Below are positions 1 to 8,215 of a stretch of 64,000 bases of DNA, in pieces (position 1 is the stretch's first letter; each line of letters starts with the position of its first letter). Made by a program: the position numbers and the translations under genes. Origin of the DNA: a virus. The notes under the pieces are model-generated. The model was given only the letters and a program-made list of their open reading frames with translations. It did no database searches and was not told where the DNA came from. The stretch covers positions 1-64,000 of the IMG/VR virus record IMGVR_UViG_3300025679_000001; one strand, 5' to 3'.

Positions 1-462
1 ACCGAACTTAGTAGCCTCACCCAGGCCTCCGGCAACGCTGGATTTGATGGTCTGGAAGGCCGCTGAGAGGCCTCCGGGGGCCGTGGAGGATATTCCTAGT
101 CCCGAGTTTAGGTATTCACCCTGGAGGGGAGTGAGGCCCGGAGCACCCTGGAAAGCTCCTAGGACAAAGGGTTGCTGGGCGTCCCTGCCGTCCATGAAGT
201 AACCGAACACCCACGAGCCGTCGAGCAGCCCGTGTGTGGAACCAATACCAGACATGCCGGAGGCCGTGGTTGGAAGGACGACGTAGGCCCACGGGAGGTC
301 CTCCGTCGGAACTCCGCCCTGTGCCCTTTCCGGGTGGAATGATATGGCCCTGACTTGGACTCGACCGATCTGCATCGGGTCTGAGGTGTTCTCCACCACT
401 CCGACGAACGGTACGATGTCGTTGTCCCTGAAGTAGGACTCTGGGTTCCTGTTGACGCTCAT
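1..462 (-). CDS. gp5: baseplate central spike protein, gp5-like N-terminal OB domain (partial, continues past left edge)
   Basis: Own translation from ATG 462..460, open to the edge: MSVNRNPESYFRDNDIVPFVGVVENTSDPMQIGRVQVRAISFHPE...LPWAYVVLP. This is the gp5/VgrG OB-fold signature. ATGA overlap with the upstream hub gene. Absent from the ORF track because it runs off the window. Confidence 0.65.
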   Translation of the reverse strand, partial: MSVNRNPESYFRDNDIVPFVGVVENTSDPMQIGRVQVRAISFHPERAQGGVPTEDLPWAYVVLPTTASGMSGIGSTHGLLDGSWVFGYFMDGRDAQQPFVLGAFQGAPGLTPLQGEYLNSGLGISSTAPGGLSAAFQTIKSSVAGGLGEATKFG

Positions 463-1898
463 TGCGTGTTCTCATCCTGTAGTTGGGAGTTCTGGATGGC
501 TATCCCGTAGGCGTCCTTCCAGAGGTCCAGCGTCATCACGTGCTTGTCAGGTGTCAGCACCGAGTCCCTGATCGACCCGACAATGTATCGCCCGTAGAGG
601 AAGTCGTCGTTCTCTCCCTGGTTCAAGACTGACTCGAACTTCGGGACTGCTAGGTGGACGATGTCACCGGCGTCCACCATGGTGTCGCCCGGCACTGTGA
701 TGGTCACCGCTACCTGCTCGAACGCGGTGCGCGCAGCCTGGTAGAGCCAGCCGGACTTCTTCACGACGCCGTCCTTCTCCTGGGGGTCCTTGAGCCTGAA
801 GAAGACCTGGGAAGCCTGCGTCCCAGTGAGGCCTGACGCCGGAGTAGAGTAGTTCGCGATGAACTGATCGGTGTTGGTCCTCTTTTTTCCCTGGGAGCTC
901 GTCTGAGGTCCATACTCGATAGACTGGTCGGTGTCGCCGAGGTACAGTTGGCCGTTAGCGATCTCACCGTAGTTCTGGGCGGTGACTGCCTTGTTCACTA
1001 TGCTGAACTGCACGACCTCGTTCTCCAGCATTCCCATGCGGATCTTCTGGATCGAGTCGAACCTACCGTTGATCTTGAGGGAGACAACCCTACGGATGTC
1101 CTTGCCGTTTGGCGTGTCGTCCACGTACTTGTCTGAAGCGTAGACGTACCAAGTCTCGAGCCTTTGGACGTTCGGGTCCGGGCTCGTGTCGAGCTGCTGC
1201 TGCGTGACTACACCAGCCGCCAACTGCTTGGCGTTGATCGGGTTGGTGACGAGCTCGTCGAGCATCTTGATCTGCCAGCCGTCGGCCCGCTCGAAGAAAA
1301 GGTACCAGTCTGACTTGGTGTTGTCGCCTGAGTAAGCCCTGCGAAGGAGCATGTCGATGGCTTCAAGCGGCCTGTACATCGGGACTACTAGGACCTTCAT
1401 GGGATCCTTCATGGTGAGGGTGCCCGGCGTCGACGCCTTGGTGGTCCCGAGGTAGTTCGTCTGGATGTCCTTGATGATGTCGTACACTGAGTCGGTGTTC
1501 CTGTAGCTCTTGGCCACCACCTTCTGTGAGTTGACGATGAGTTCTGGGCTGCAGAAGTGGAGTCGGTATGAAGATGACATTCCCTTCTCGTCCGGCTCCT
1601 CGTCGGAGATCTTCCAGACCCTGAACTGACCCTGCTTCGCCGAGTTGCCTGGCGTAGCGTAGGACAGGTAGAGCGTCTCCTCGCCGATGATCGGGAACCT
1701 GGTGATGAGAGCGTGGGCGTCGTAGATCAGCACGGAGCCGTACATCCCTGGCTCGAAGATGCTCGTCGACACTTGGAACTCAGTGAAGATCGCGCGACAG
1801 TCGATGTTCTGGCCGGCGTGGTTCTGCAGTGTCATCTGGTCGATCTCGACGACGTGGGCTATGCCCCTGTTGTCTGAAGTAGTGCTAGTTTCTGTCAT
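459..1898 (-). CDS. baseplate hub protein (gp27-like)
   Basis: Track ORF 459..1931 has a GTG start; ATG 1898 (MTETSTT) preferred. Lies between gp53-like and gp5-like genes. The N-terminal IFEPGMYGSVLIYDAHALITRFPIIGEETLYL and C-terminal FLYGRYIVGSIRD...MTLDLWKD patterns resemble the gp27/gpD hub family (from memory). Confidence 0.5.
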   Translation of the reverse strand: MTETSTTSDNRGIAHVVEIDQMTLQNHAGQNIDCRAIFTEFQVSTSIFEPGMYGSVLIYDAHALITRFPIIGEETLYLSYATPGNSAKQGQFRVWKISDEEPDEKGMSSSYRLHFCSPELIVNSQKVVAKSYRNTDSVYDIIKDIQTNYLGTTKASTPGTLTMKDPMKVLVVPMYRPLEAIDMLLRRAYSGDNTKSDWYLFFERADGWQIKMLDELVTNPINAKQLAAGVVTQQQLDTSPDPNVQRLETWYVYASDKYVDDTPNGKDIRRVVSLKINGRFDSIQKIRMGMLENEVVQFSIVNKAVTAQNYGEIANGQLYLGDTDQSIEYGPQTSSQGKKRTNTDQFIANYSTPASGLTGTQASQVFFRLKDPQEKDGVVKKSGWLYQAARTAFEQVAVTITVPGDTMVDAGDIVHLAVPKFESVLNQGENDDFLYGRYIVGSIRDSVLTPDKHVMTLDLWKDAYGIAIQNSQLQDENTQ

Positions 1899-2424
1899 TG
1901 TTGAAGCTGGCCGAGAGCTCGCTGTAAGCACGGTCAGCGTACTTCCTGGAGAGCAACCTTATCGTCTTCCTATCTTCGTTTACGTTGGTCTCCCAGTCGT
2001 AGACTGAGACCGCGGTGTCGAACCCGATCCTGTCCTCCGGGGCTAGGTTGTCGCGGGTGTCCTGAGTGATCCACCACAATATCTGTGGGTCCGTGTTCTC
2101 GTAGTGGTGAACGGTCGACTGGGCAGCCTCGATAGTACCGTACTTGATCTTGATGTAGGCGGTGAAGTCGTGGTCGGACATCGGCCAGTCGGTGTACGGG
2201 TCCACGATGTCGTTGGCTAGGGCGATGAGCCAGAAGTAGGCTGAGTCCCCGTAGTAGTCGAACGCGATGGTGTCCATGCGCTCGTGGTCTCTTATCCTGT
2301 AGGGGTAGAACACTCCGTACTTCTCTACTATGTCCTTGGCGACGCCGGCCCTGAGGATGATGTTCCTTGAGAGGTCGCTGTTGTAGGTGATGAGAGGAAA
2401 CGTCTTGAAGAACTCTGCTGACAT
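1885..2424 (-). CDS. gp53: baseplate wedge protein gp53-like
   Basis: 179-aa ORF. YRIRDHERMDTIAFDYYGDSAYFWLIALANDIVDPYTDWP aligns by eye with T4 gp53. Sits upstream of hub+gp5 and divergent from gp4, as in T4. Confidence 0.7.
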   Translation of the reverse strand: MSAEFFKTFPLITYNSDLSRNIILRAGVAKDIVEKYGVFYPYRIRDHERMDTIAFDYYGDSAYFWLIALANDIVDPYTDWPMSDHDFTAYIKIKYGTIEAAQSTVHHYENTDPQILWWITQDTRDNLAPEDRIGFDTAVSVYDWETNVNEDRKTIRLLSRKYADRAYSELSASFNNDRN

Positions 2425-2429
2425 GCGCG

Positions 2430-3287
2430 CTAGTTTCCGTTAGTCGACGCCGCCGACGGTGTCGAGGCGGTGCCGATAGTCTGTGTGAAGTCTTCCCTAG
2501 TGAGAGCCTCGACCTCCTTGAGAGTGACTGTGAAGTTAACGATCACCGGCTCGTCAGTCCCCTTGAAGAAAGCTTTAGTTCCCTCGGAGTTCCTCTCGGC
2601 GACTGCTGAGGTCACCTGGGCCCTGTAGATCGTGTGGAGGAACGGGGTGTCCTCGGCGAAGAAGCGCACGTAGACCTCGTCCGGAAAGTTGAGGAGAAAC
2701 GGAGACTTCTTAGTCGGGTGCATGTGGTCCCGGAAGTAGTTGATGATGGACGATATGGTAGCCGACTCGCCGGCGTCCTTGGCGTGCAGTTTCCACTCGA
2801 AGTGGTGCTCCCTGAGCGCTACTCCCTTGAAGACTGACGTGATGTGAGGGTTTATCACGGTCCCCTGCGTAACGTCGATGATCGAGGACAGGTCGGACGA
2901 GAAGAAGTTAGCCGTCCTGCGCGCCAGGGCCTGAGAGAAGCCTATTCCTGCGTTCTTCAAGCTCTCGCCGTCGAGCCCGCCGCCGGAGATGTAGTCGTTG
3001 ATCACCTTGTCGGCGGTGTTGAGCGCTCCCCCGAACACGCCGAGCTCCTGGTCGCCGTACATGATGTTGTAGTACTCAGTCAAGTTAGCCGGCAGGGGGA
3101 GGACGATGTCGGCCTGGTTGATCTTGGTCGACGGGAGCTTCGGGTTGTTCCTGCTGTACTGTACGAAGGTGAAGATCGTGTAGTAGCGCCCGATCTCTGA
3201 CGGGTAGCGAAGGGACGCGCCGGTGCCGTTCATCGCCCCACGGGAAGCGTCGATAGTCGTCGTCGGGTTGTCCGTTGTCGTCGCCAT
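2430..3287 (-). CDS. baseplate / tail-tube junction protein (gp48/gp54-like)
   Basis: 285-aa ORF. LRYPSEIGRYYTIFTFVQYSR...IVLPLPANLTEYYNIMYGDQELG is reminiscent of the T4 gp48/gp54 family. Baseplate gene neighbourhood. Confidence 0.45.
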   Translation of the reverse strand: MATTTDNPTTTIDASRGAMNGTGASLRYPSEIGRYYTIFTFVQYSRNNPKLPSTKINQADIVLPLPANLTEYYNIMYGDQELGVFGGALNTADKVINDYISGGGLDGESLKNAGIGFSQALARRTANFFSSDLSSIIDVTQGTVINPHITSVFKGVALREHHFEWKLHAKDAGESATISSIINYFRDHMHPTKKSPFLLNFPDEVYVRFFAEDTPFLHTIYRAQVTSAVAERNSEGTKAFFKGTDEPVIVNFTVTLKEVEALTREDFTQTIGTASTPSAASTNGN

Positions 3288-3333
3288 GGGTTCTCACTAA
3301 ATATGCCTGCGAGTTATTTATTGAGGAAACTGG

Positions 3334-3777
3334 ATGGCCTGGCACGGGAAGTTCAACCCACAAAACCCACAGAAGTATGCTGGGGATCCGAAGGGAATCG
3401 TGTACAGGTCGTCACTCGAGTTCAAGATGATGCGGCGGTTCGACTCGAGCCCCCACGTAGTCCTGTGGAGCTCGGAGGAGTTCATCGTCCCCTACTACGA
3501 CCCTGTCAAGAAGAAAGCTAGGCGCTACTTCCCGGACTTCGTGATAAAGTACGTAGGCGCCGACGGCACTGAACAGGTCCAGATGATCGAGGTCAAGCCC
3601 TACAAGGAGACGATAAAGCCCTCCCATAAGCCGGGGAAGCAGCGCCGGAGGATCCTCAACGAGGAGCTCACGTGGGCTAACAACCAGGCTAAGTGGGCGG
3701 CAGCCGAGGAGTACTGCAGCAGTAAGGGCTGGAAGTTCGTGAAGATCACCGAGAAGGAGATCGGCAGGACTTACTAG
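3334..3777 (+). CDS. gp4: head completion nuclease gp4-like
   Basis: 147-aa ORF. GKFNPQNPQKYAGDPKGIVYRSSLEFKMMRRFD..WSSEEFIVPYY..RRYFPDFVIKY...IEVKP is the conserved gp4 signature of T4-like phages (D..EVK nuclease core). Confidence 0.75.
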   Translation: MAWHGKFNPQNPQKYAGDPKGIVYRSSLEFKMMRRFDSSPHVVLWSSEEFIVPYYDPVKKKARRYFPDFVIKYVGADGTEQVQMIEVKPYKETIKPSHKPGKQRRRILNEELTWANNQAKWAAAEEYCSSKGWKFVKITEKEIGRTY

Positions 3778-4082
3778 TGAACCGTCGTGTTAGTGTTGGC
3801 CTTCTCTATGAACTCGATGAACTCTTTGTCGTACAGCTTGCGCCAGTCTCTCCCGAGAGTGATGGCCCTCAGGACCTCATTGTACTTGACCTTACGGTAG
3901 GAGTCCACCCACTTCTCCACATCTTCCGACGCCGATGCCGCAGTTAAAATGTCGAGCATTCTTTCTAATTCTTTGTAGGTGGCGCGATTGCACTTTAAGC
4001 CCCACATGGCCCACGCGAGGCCGAGAAGGGACACGAATATGATACAGTAACAGACGAGGTCGAAAGCATCGTTGAGAGTCAT
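3774..4082 (-). CDS. small membrane protein, unknown function
   Basis: Track ORF trimmed to ATG 4082 (MTLNDAF), which is ATGA-coupled to the upstream gene. One TM helix (LVCYCIIFVSLLGLAWAMWGL). Confidence 0.5.
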   Translation of the reverse strand: MTLNDAFDLVCYCIIFVSLLGLAWAMWGLKCNRATYKELERMLDILTAASASEDVEKWVDSYRKVKYNEVLRAITLGRDWRKLYDKEFIEFIEKANTNTTVH

Positions 4083-4579
4083 TCTGCGTAATCCTTGCTG
4101 TTCACGGCGTCGGAACACTCTTCCACGAGATTCTTAAGGTCCTGAAGACCGTCGAGGGGAACAGTCCACTCGGCTTCCCCGTACACTACGCGCATAGTAC
4201 CCCCGTTGACGAGGTCGGGAATCGCCTTACGGTCCACCTCTGGGATCACGATGGTGTCGGGCCCAGCGAACTCGATGGACTCACTAAAAGTGTCGTGTGG
4301 AGTCGCGAGGAACGCTACCTTGCTGTGTGGAACGTTGACCGGAAGCTTCCACGCTGGGTTGACGAACACCATCGAGACGCGCTTAGCGTCCGTCGAGAAT
4401 ATCACGAGGACTTTTTCGACGCCGCTGCGAGTTTTTGGCACATAGGCTGCGATGCAGCGGTTAGTCCCGCCGTCGCCAGCCTTCCAACCGTTCACCTCCC
4501 AGTCGTGAAGAGCACCGGACTGGTAAAAGGGACCCTGAACGAGCGCAGAAGCGAGAATGATTCCTTTGAGCAGCATCAT
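4079..4579 (-). CDS. secreted protein, unknown function
   Basis: 166-aa ORF with an N-terminal signal-like segment MMLLKGIILASALVQG. Operon context. Confidence 0.5.
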   Translation of the reverse strand: MMLLKGIILASALVQGPFYQSGALHDWEVNGWKAGDGGTNRCIAAYVPKTRSGVEKVLVIFSTDAKRVSMVFVNPAWKLPVNVPHSKVAFLATPHDTFSESIEFAGPDTIVIPEVDRKAIPDLVNGGTMRVVYGEAEWTVPLDGLQDLKNLVEECSDAVNSKDYAE

Positions 4580-4938
4580 CAGTTTAATCCTTTCTTGCCA
4601 GCGTCTGACAAGAGTTCTTTAACGACGCCGGTGTCTTTTTTGTCAAGGATGTGTTTAGTCTCGTAAATACTGGCCGAGAAGAGTTCTGCCGCCGAGTCAG
4701 CAATGCCTTCGGAGTCGTCGCGGTCGTTAAAGTTCTTAGCAGACGTGGCGATGATGGCCGCGACGACGCTGGCAGTAAAGTTGTACGTAGCGTTCCTCTC
4801 GTAACCCCTCTTAGGGTCCTGCAGGTACGTGTGGATAGCCCACGTGTAAGCGGCCTGAACGAAGACGGACGCCTTGACCATAGGGTCTTTGCTCTTTACG
4901 CTCTTCATGTAGTCGTTAAAGTGATCTTCAAAAGTCAT
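4579..4938 (-). CDS. hypothetical protein
   Basis: 119-aa ORF, first gene behind the promoter at 4973..5001. No recognisable motif. Confidence 0.5.
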   Translation of the reverse strand: MTFEDHFNDYMKSVKSKDPMVKASVFVQAAYTWAIHTYLQDPKRGYERNATYNFTASVVAAIIATSAKNFNDRDDSEGIADSAAELFSASIYETKHILDKKDTGVVKELLSDAGKKGLN

Positions 4939-4972
4939 GGCAAACAGGTCCCTACTAAGTTTCTGTTGTTAC

Positions 4973-5001
4973 CTTATACACTATCCTGCAGGGAATGTCA
5001 A
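4973..5001 (-). promoter_or_regulatory. sigma70-type (early) promoter TTGACA-N17-TATAAG
   Basis: Minus strand reads TTGACA (5001..4996), a 17-nt spacer ending tagtg, then TATAAG (4978..4973). It lies about 35 nt upstream of ATG 4938. Confidence 0.6.
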
Positions 5002-5004
5002 CTA

Positions 5005-5300
5005 TTGAGCTAACCCAGTACAGGTTCCACGGACGGCTCTGATTCCCTAATTACTGTCGGGAAACGCCCTTGACCTGCAAGGGTCGCTTCTGTCCGAACC
5101 GTCCGTGAACTAGGTGAGAGGGGCCAGGTTGGTTACTGACTCTAGTTTTCAGGGATGCTTGGGTTATCAACCCAAAACATTGCCCTCTCCGCTGTACCCG
5201 ATTAACCGGCCTCGGCGACTAGTCTTGCCAATGCGTGTACATACCACGCCGCCCTCTCAAACTTGTTTCACCCTCCGTCGTTCCCATGAACGTTTCATCG
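5005..5300 (-). ncRNA. structured non-coding spacer (candidate ncRNA, class unknown)
   Basis: About 300 nt with no credible ORF. Nested helices: 5028..5036/5099..5107 (9 bp), 5067..5072/5078..5083, 5116..5122/5183..5189 (7 bp) and 5159..5165/5169..5175 (7 bp). Confidence 0.35.
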
Positions 5301-5301
5301 T

Positions 5302-5709
5302 CTATTTCTTCTCTGTGGGTGCGGCACGGGTGAGGGCACGGATTTCTTGAGCTATGTTAGCTTCATTGGAATTGTGTTCCAACGCACCAACCATCGAGTC
5401 ATCAAAACTAGCGTCTCTTTTGTGCGCGTCAACTTTTTGTACAGCCGCCGCAATCGCCTCATTCCACACCGCATCATTGCCAGAGTGTGCGGCGTCGAGT
5501 TCGGACTGGAGTCGGCGGTTCGCTTCGATCAATTCCAAAATCGTGGATGGCCTTGCAGCGAAGATGAAAGCAGCATCTTCTTTGTTAGTTCTAAACCCAG
5601 TACCTCCGTCTTTGTGTTCTATCCAGACTTGGAATTTTTCGTCGTAATTCCAATCCTCACCCGGCGTCGCAGCTTTTGCCAGTGCTTCAAGCTTCTCAAG
5701 ATCAATCAT
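5302..5709 (-). CDS. Ead/Ea22-like prophage protein
   Basis: ORF trimmed to ATG 5709 (MIDLEKLEALAKAATPGEDW...AAFIFAARPSTILELIEANRRLQSEL). The motif is typical of the lambdoid Ead/Ea22-like family (from memory). Atypical lower-GC codon usage. Confidence 0.45.
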   Translation of the reverse strand: MIDLEKLEALAKAATPGEDWNYDEKFQVWIEHKDGGTGFRTNKEDAAFIFAARPSTILELIEANRRLQSELDAAHSGNDAVWNEAIAAAVQKVDAHKRDASFDDSMVGALEHNSNEANIAQEIRALTRAAPTEKK

Positions 5710-5956
5710 CTGGATCGCTTTCAATTTTAGATTTCAACCATTCGTCTGTGAAATGGAGTTTCATCGGTGACGGCTCGAAGGATTTGAGGGCTAGTTTATG
5801 AAGCTTGCGAATTAGCATCACGGCTTCAGGCCCATTTGGGTTTCTATAGCCACCAACCAAGATCGACCCGTCTAAGCGGTTAGTTTCAGTGAGCAGACCT
5901 TCTATGGTTTCAACTTCATCCTCAAGTTGCTCTTTCGTCAGTGTGATTTCACTCAT
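5702..5956 (-). CDS. hypothetical protein
   Basis: ORF trimmed to ATG 5956 (MSEITLTKEQ), ATGA-coupled to the upstream gene. 84 aa. Confidence 0.45.
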   Translation of the reverse strand: MSEITLTKEQLEDEVETIEGLLTETNRLDGSILVGGYRNPNGPEAVMLIRKLHKLALKSFEPSPMKLHFTDEWLKSKIESDPDD

Positions 5957-6285
5957 AGCTTTATCAATCCGCAAGTTCCTGGTCTTGCCCCGTCACGGCG
6001 CGGCCTTGTCCATACTTGATAGTAAGGACCGCCTTCGCCATTAGAGCCAGTAATGAGTTGGCCCTTCTCATCGCTGAAAGTGTGCACCCAGCCTTCCCCT
6101 TCGGGCCGTGCAAAGTGAGCATAGTCTGGGCCAGACGTTTGGACGCTCTCGGTTGCAGTTCCCGTCCACCGCCATGCCATGCAGGCCGAGCCAATGCAAT
6201 AACGCAAGCCGTTAGCGGCTAGGTGTCCACACCCCTCAGGGCCGCAGCAACGTGTTTCCTTAGCTTCTTTCTCTATCATTGTCAT
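5953..6285 (-). CDS. Cys-rich hypothetical protein
   Basis: ORF trimmed to ATG 6285 (MTMIEKEAKETRCCGPEGCGHL..YCIGSACMAWRW), with a TAATG overlap to the upstream gene. Confidence 0.45.
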   Translation of the reverse strand: MTMIEKEAKETRCCGPEGCGHLAANGLRYCIGSACMAWRWTGTATESVQTSGPDYAHFARPEGEGWVHTFSDEKGQLITGSNGEGGPYYQVWTRPRRDGARPGTCGLIKL

Positions 6286-6734
6286 TAACCGACGTGGAGG
6301 TACGTTCCACCAACCGGGCACGTCTTCTTGACCCAGGTCTGGTGCCTTGACGACGGGTTGAGGCACCAGAGGCTTCCTCCGGACCAGCCGAGGACGACCT
6401 GAACGTGGCCTCCTCCGCGACGGTAGTTGAACCTGACGTCCCCGTAATGGACGCTAGTCTTAGCGACCTTGACGAAACTGAGGAACGCCTTCGACGACGC
6501 AGTTGATATTTTCTTCCCGTGCTCCCTCAACCACTTAGACACGTTGAGGGCGCAGATGTTGTGCCCTCTGATAAACCCGGAGCCGTCGGTGACGTGCCTC
6601 CCGGAACCGTGTCGACGGTGGTGAGCACCGTGGTGGTGGTGCGCACGATAGTGGTGGTGAGTTTTAGCGGATGCCGTTTCGGACGCTGCGAGCACCGTCA
6701 GAGCGACGGCGATAGTCAGTACTAACTTCTTCAT
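6285..6734 (-). CDS. secreted NlpC/P60-CHAP-like (TIGR02594-like) putative cell-wall hydrolase with His-rich tract
   Basis: ATG 6734 is preceded by GGAG. Signal peptide MKKLVLTIAVALTVLAASETASA, then HHHYRAHHHHGAHHRRHG. Cys...His core: NICALNVSKWL...GDVRFNYRRGGGHVQVV...CLNPSS. Confidence 0.5.
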   Translation of the reverse strand: MKKLVLTIAVALTVLAASETASAKTHHHYRAHHHHGAHHRRHGSGRHVTDGSGFIRGHNICALNVSKWLREHGKKISTASSKAFLSFVKVAKTSVHYGDVRFNYRRGGGHVQVVLGWSGGSLWCLNPSSRHQTWVKKTCPVGGTYLHVG

Positions 6735-6764
6735 CAATTGGAACTCCTTTCCCAAACTATATAT

Positions 6765-6793
6765 GTACTACCAAACTAAGATGAAGGTGTCAA
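6765..6793 (-). promoter_or_regulatory. sigma70-type promoter TTGACA-N17-TAGTAC
   Basis: Lies in the divergent intergenic region 6756..6816. TTGACA (6793..6788), 17-nt spacer, TAGTAC. Confidence 0.45.
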
Positions 6794-6816
6794 CTGGCGG
6801 CCATAAATAGGTTACG

Positions 6817-7413
6817 ATGGCTGGTTTAAGTTTTGTCACGATCGCTAGAAAAGCGTACGCTTCAGGTAAGACTCCTGGACGTCCTGACGCTAGGACGTGG
6901 CTCAGGAACCAAGCCAAGAAGACCGTCTACGTCAACACCAACAAGCTCCTGCAGGACCCCGGAGTCGTGACGACGATGGAACCTGGTAAGATGTACATGT
7001 TCGGTTACGACCCTAAGCACAAGGCCACACTCCCCTACTACGACATCTTCCCCCTCATCTTCCCATTCAAGGTTCAGGGCGACCGCGTATGGGGAATCAA
7101 CCTTCACTACCTTCCTATCCCACAGCGTGCAGCCCTCATGGACGAGTTGTACGCACTCGTCGACAACCGTTTCAAGAACGACAACAAGAAGCTCAGGATC
7201 AACTATGAGATCCTGAACGGCGTTGCCAAGTTCAGCGCCTTCCGACCGTGTATCAAGTCTTACTTAGCTGGACACTTCATGTCGAAGTTCCTGTTGATCC
7301 CGTACGACCAATGGGACATCGCGATGGCGCTCCCTTTGGCCAGGTTCCAGAAAGCGGCGCAATCATACGTCTGGGACGACTCAATGTCTATCCTAAAAGA
7401 CGAAACGTGGTAA
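6817..7413 (+). CDS. gp2: DNA end protector protein gp2-like
   Basis: 198-aa ORF. GKMYMFGYDPKHKATLPYYDIFPLIFPF...VWGINLHYLPIPQRAALMDEL is the gp2 signature of T4-like phages. Confidence 0.8.
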   Translation: MAGLSFVTIARKAYASGKTPGRPDARTWLRNQAKKTVYVNTNKLLQDPGVVTTMEPGKMYMFGYDPKHKATLPYYDIFPLIFPFKVQGDRVWGINLHYLPIPQRAALMDELYALVDNRFKNDNKKLRINYEILNGVAKFSAFRPCIKSYLAGHFMSKFLLIPYDQWDIAMALPLARFQKAAQSYVWDDSMSILKDETW

Positions 7414-7418
7414 ACTAG

Positions 7419-8009
7419 ATGGCGTTTGACGTATCAGAGTTCTCAGCTAACATCGGCGCCTACGGCGGGCTTCAGAACCCGTCGAAGTTCAGGTGCAGGG
7501 CGTTCTCCCCGACAGGGTCGGCGCCGTTCTTCGAGTTCCTGTGCGAGTCGGCCAACGAGCCGGGCCTCACGGTAGCCTCGGCGCTGGTGTTTCCTCTAGG
7601 CTACGGCGCTCCGGTCGACGTCCCTCTAGTCCCAGGCTACGGTGAGTTCCAGATCACGTGCTACCTCGACAACGCTGGGAACGTCCAAGGCTTCCTCACC
7701 AAGTGGCAGCAGGCCGTAGTGAACTCATACTACGCTCCAGGAGGAGCTACTGCTGGACAAGCCCAAGGTGCGTACCCGTTTCAAGTCTCCTACTCCGCAG
7801 ACTACTGGGGAACCCTCGAGCTAGACAAGTTCGACCAGTCCGGAAACGTAGTCAGGACTGTACAAGTGTACGGCGCGTGGCCGAAGTCTATCTCGGGCAT
7901 CGCCCACTCTTGGTCCGGTAAGGACCAAATAGCCACGATACAGGTCACCATGGCCATGAGGTCGTGGACGGCGAGCGACATGAACTCTAACGACGGAGGC
8001 GAAGAATGA
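7419..8009 (+). CDS. tail-tube family protein (gp19 fold; positionally like gp3 tube terminator)
   Basis: 196-aa ORF. FSANI..GGLQNPSKF...FLCESANEPG...VYGAWPKSISGIAHSWSGKDQIATIQVTMAMRSW parallels T4 gp19 (ARPNLF...C.ATALP...GLWP...L.WD...Q.FEVT.A.DYW). Lies next to gp2. Confidence 0.5.
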   Translation: MAFDVSEFSANIGAYGGLQNPSKFRCRAFSPTGSAPFFEFLCESANEPGLTVASALVFPLGYGAPVDVPLVPGYGEFQITCYLDNAGNVQGFLTKWQQAVVNSYYAPGGATAGQAQGAYPFQVSYSADYWGTLELDKFDQSGNVVRTVQVYGAWPKSISGIAHSWSGKDQIATIQVTMAMRSWTASDMNSNDGGEE

Positions 8010-8215
8010 CGGAGAACGAGCGCAGGATGAGGGAGCAGATCGACAGGCTCATGGGCATCGTCGGTAAGGGCCTGAAGATAGACATGAGCAAAGTGCCGAC
8101 GGCGACGGACCCAAACAATCACTTCTCTACGTGCTGGCTCATAGTAGAGATGGTCAACGACAAGCTAGAAGATTTTAACATGAGGCTTAAAAAGAATGCC
8201 ACTACCAAAGATTAG
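8006..8215 (+). CDS. hypothetical protein
   Basis: 69-aa ORF, ATGA-coupled to the upstream gene and overlapping the next gene by 20 nt. Confidence 0.4.
   Translation: MTENERRMREQIDRLMGIVGKGLKIDMSKVPTATDPNNHFSTCWLIVEMVNDKLEDFNMRLKKNATTKD

Noticed and set aside
116-475. 119-aa ORF at the left edge (Arg/Pro/Gly-rich).
   Set aside because: It is out of frame with a much better gp5-like reading frame (1..462) that carries the OB-fold signature.
6802-6809. CATAAATA upstream of gp2 as a late promoter.
   Set aside because: It has one mismatch and ends only 7 nt before the ATG. It is mentioned as a near-match but not annotated.
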